Shown: piece after piece, positions 61,098 to 64,000 of the stretch
How the letters are laid out: every line of letters starts with the position of its first letter
How positions within the stretch are numbered: position 1 is the stretch's first letter
DNA from: Marsupella aquatica
Lineage: Eukaryota; Plantae; Marchantiophyta
DNA length: 64,000 nucleotides
Direction: 5' to 3'
NCBI GenBank assembly: GCA_973895155.1
Contig: OZ316891.1
Span: forward strand, 31,131,112-31,195,111
Notes under the pieces: model-generated
The model's input: only the letters and a program-made list of their open reading frames with translations
Databases searched by the model: none
Told to the model about the DNA's origin: nothing
Translations under genes and position numbers: made by a program

Positions 61098-64000
61098 ATG
61101 GATCATACCGGAACTTCAAAGCGGAAAAGAGACTCGTCTAAACTTGCTTCTCAAAAGAAAGCCAAGACAAGAACGACTCCCGCGAAGACATCCATACTTG
61201 CATATCGAGGAAAGTCAATCAGAGAGAGAACAACGGAGACAAAGAGTATCCATCTCTTTGATTCGACTGAGATATCCGATCTTGGAATAGTCGTTCACAA
61301 TGGGGCTGTCCGTCTTGTGGTGGCAAAAAATGATAAAGCTACAGTTTTGGAGAGATCACAAATTCTTGGGTGTTTGTTTGAGAAGAGCATGAAAGTGAAA
61401 GAGTGTACAGAGGGATTGGTTCTGCTAGTCAGCGACGACCAGCAGGATGACAAAATAAGCATTTGTTTGGATCGAACGCAATATGTAACCTTCAATCAGT
61501 CCAGAATTGATGATCTTCTAGGTGCAAGGCACGCTTTGGAAAAGGTTACTAGTTTGGGATACCCTTCCGATCCAGAGGGATCAACGGGAGATTTGATTTG
61601 TCAATACATTATTGACGTACTTGAGTTCCAGAGAGTTCCTTTCAACCAGGGATTTCGCTTGGGAAAGGCCCCCCCAGTGACCAAGGTTGAAGTATACTCG
61701 GCGGAGAATCTTCCGAAAGTCATTACCTCAGCGAATGTCGGGGCTCTGTTCGATTCTTTCCTCAAAGAATATAGTGCTGTGAATATATTTAACAGCAAGT
61801 CATTTTTTGTTGAGACATCACGTTGTCATCTTGCACCGGACCACATCAAGTGCCGAGAGTGGAATCAGGATTACACAGATAGGCTAAAGAATTCACTCCT
61901 CTCTCATTCGGCTATAAAGTTTGAAAAGCGATGTTGCTTTTTAGTCCATGTGAAGTGGGTTCAGTCGGAGGTCGACAGAGATCCCGACTACAATGGGACA
62001 CCCTACGATTCGGCGCCAACGAAGGAGGACATTATGACCAGTCATTTTTGGATACTCGGAGGCCAGCACACAATAATGGCGTACAAATTGCTGAGGATGG
62101 ACGACAAAGTCAGCCAAGTTGTTCGGGATGCATGCGGTACAGTAGAAGCTGTAATGTTTTGGGCAACTCTCAACAACGACAATAATATTCATTTGATGGG
62201 ACTATCGAAGGCTCTGAACCACTGTCATCAAACATCAATGGAAGAAGGACAGTTTCTCACCATTGTACGTCAGTGTCGTAATATCTGGAACTCATTTGGG
62301 CGGCCTGGATCACATTATCGTCATCCAAATTGGAAGGTATATAAATAACCCTCTTCCCTAAACCCTAAACATTATCTTTTAAATGTTTTCTCACGCGAAC
62401 GGTCGCGTCAATCTTAGAATATTCATGTTTCCATTGTTTTTCAGGTATTTATGAGAGCTACGAGTTTTGTTTGCCCATGGGCTCAAATGGGGAAGAACGA
62501 AATGATGAAATTTGGAGAATTGGCTCCATTTCTCTTTACAATGGAGGACAAAACATTCAAGAAGTGGATGGAGGTCTATGAACTATCAAGGACAGGAGAG
62601 CTTGTAATTTACAACGGAATTTTACAGAGAGACACCGTCAAAATTGCGGATAATCCCTATGCTTACCATCTCCTTAAGAAGACGTTCCGTTCTTGTCAAG
62701 GGTGCTCGGACTCGGTTCTTCAAAAGGCAGCGGAATATATGTTGAGCGGAAGACTGTCTATACTCAAAAACCGAAGCATCAAAGTGAAATCTGGGAAGGC
62801 GAGGAAGTCCTCTGAGGCTCCGGTGTTGTCAACGACCAGCATGAGTTTGGAGCAATTTTGTATAAAGAAGAAGACGAAAGTTGAGTTTGAGATTTTGTTA
62901 TTGAGTAAATTCAACGGGGATACATCCACCCGGACGGAGCTGAAAAGTCTGACAGATTCAGCGCGGAAATTGCGGGTCAACAGAATGATTGATCGCTTTA
63001 AGCTCGCCAAGATGGTGGTGAAGTAGTTGAGAGATGCGTTGAGTGGTTATCTGAAGAAGTGCTTAAATGTAAATATTAGTAATGATAATTTGTTGAAGGA
63101 GATCGACCCAATATTCTACAGGTTGGTGGAAGGAATACAGAAATCAGTTGATAGTCAAGGAAACCAACTAGTGCGGCCGGTCGGTGAGAGGCTGAAATTG
63201 CGATCCCTGTAGGATATACAAAATGTTGGGTTTGCAGACTGTATCATACGTGAAGACAAGAACCTTGCGAGCTTGATTTATTTTGATTCCTCATCAATGG
63301 GAGATTTGCGTCCGCCAAATTGCTCATTCTATGAGGGGTTATTTCGTGCTACTAGCGTGATAGGGGCAAAACCACACCATGTGGTTATTATTGTAGCCTC
63401 TCCCGTTGAGTCTTATTTAATCAAACGGGAATTAGGGAAGTACACACACTACGTTGCTATCGATAGCCATTATATTCAGAAGCGGCCAAAGGAGAAGAAG
63501 CTTATTGTAACCTACGCTTTTCATAGCTTGGCCTTCAGCACAATGGGCGATCCACAAGCCCTCGAGTTCCAGTTGGTCTCCAAATATCGGATTGATAAGA
63601 TAGCCAATTTTTAAGAGAGCGGCGAGTTCACGACACCTTCCCCAGAAAAGATACTTCCATTCTTTGAAAGTATTGTTAGTCAATTCGTCCAATGTGGGGA
63701 ATGGGCTATATGCTTCGACGAGGGAACGAACTTGATCCAGTGCCTAATGGTAAGTTTTGAGATTTATATTTTGGGGTTTCGATTTTAAGATTATTTGGAT
63801 TTTCATATTCTCAATTAATATTGTGAACTAATTTCGGCTTGTTTTACAGGATGCTGGATCCAATGTAAAATATTACTGCCCTGTGGCAACGCATAAGGAG
63901 TTGTCTTGTTTCTTGCAACACACCACGACGACAATTGATACAACGCTGTCATTGATTGACCCAATACGGGCTAGTATAGAAAAATGTATAGATAAATTAA
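61098..64000 (+). pseudogene. ParB/Srx-like domain plus degenerate beta-class N4/N6 DNA-methyltransferase-like fold; 3 exons, 3 in-frame stops, runs off the window
   Basis: Exons 61098-62336, 62445-63749 and 63850 to the end (phase 0). Motifs REWNQDYTDRLKNSL..FWILGGQHTIMA, then ADC..ASLIYFDSSS and PEKILPFFESIVSQFVQCGEWAICFDEGT..CLMDAGSNV. Stops at 63024, 63210 and 63612. Confidence 0.6.

Larger units (their letters stand above)
48408..64000. mobile_element. Putative giant cargo-carrying DNA transposon (Sola/DUF7869-like transposase); right end outside the window
   Basis: Sharp junction with the Helitron repeat at about 48408, a transposase near that end, and one palindromic motif family shared by non-coding segments from 52.8 to 62.4 kb. 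TIR and TSD cannot be verified here. Confidence 0.55.

Overview
Plant nuclear DNA (spliceosomal introns, plant-type RPS14, TTTAGGG motifs; a non-seed land plant is plausible but not provable here) that is almost entirely nested transposons around one intact housekeeping gene (RPS14, 42492-43852). Left to right: (1) small cargo-like genes (RPL18a pseudo-exon, Cys-rich ORF, stand-alone EDM2-type PHD module, tandem-BRCT pseudogene); (2) a decayed CACTA element whose tnpD start is interrupted by a very young 14.8-kb Ty3/Gypsy element with ~4.1-kb LTRs, each LTR carrying a complete 618-aa ORF; (3) a second decayed CACTA element and LTR-like debris; (4) RPS14; (5) two Helitron-like elements and a MITE; (6) from ~48.4 kb to the window end, a putative giant DNA element with a Sola/DUF7869-like DDE transposase, arrays of a 16-bp CG-rich palindrome (ACGCGAC-NN-GTCGCGT), three tandem short F-box-like genes and a ParB-like plus degenerate N4/N6-methyltransferase-like gene. 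All domain calls come from reading motifs by eye, not from database searches.
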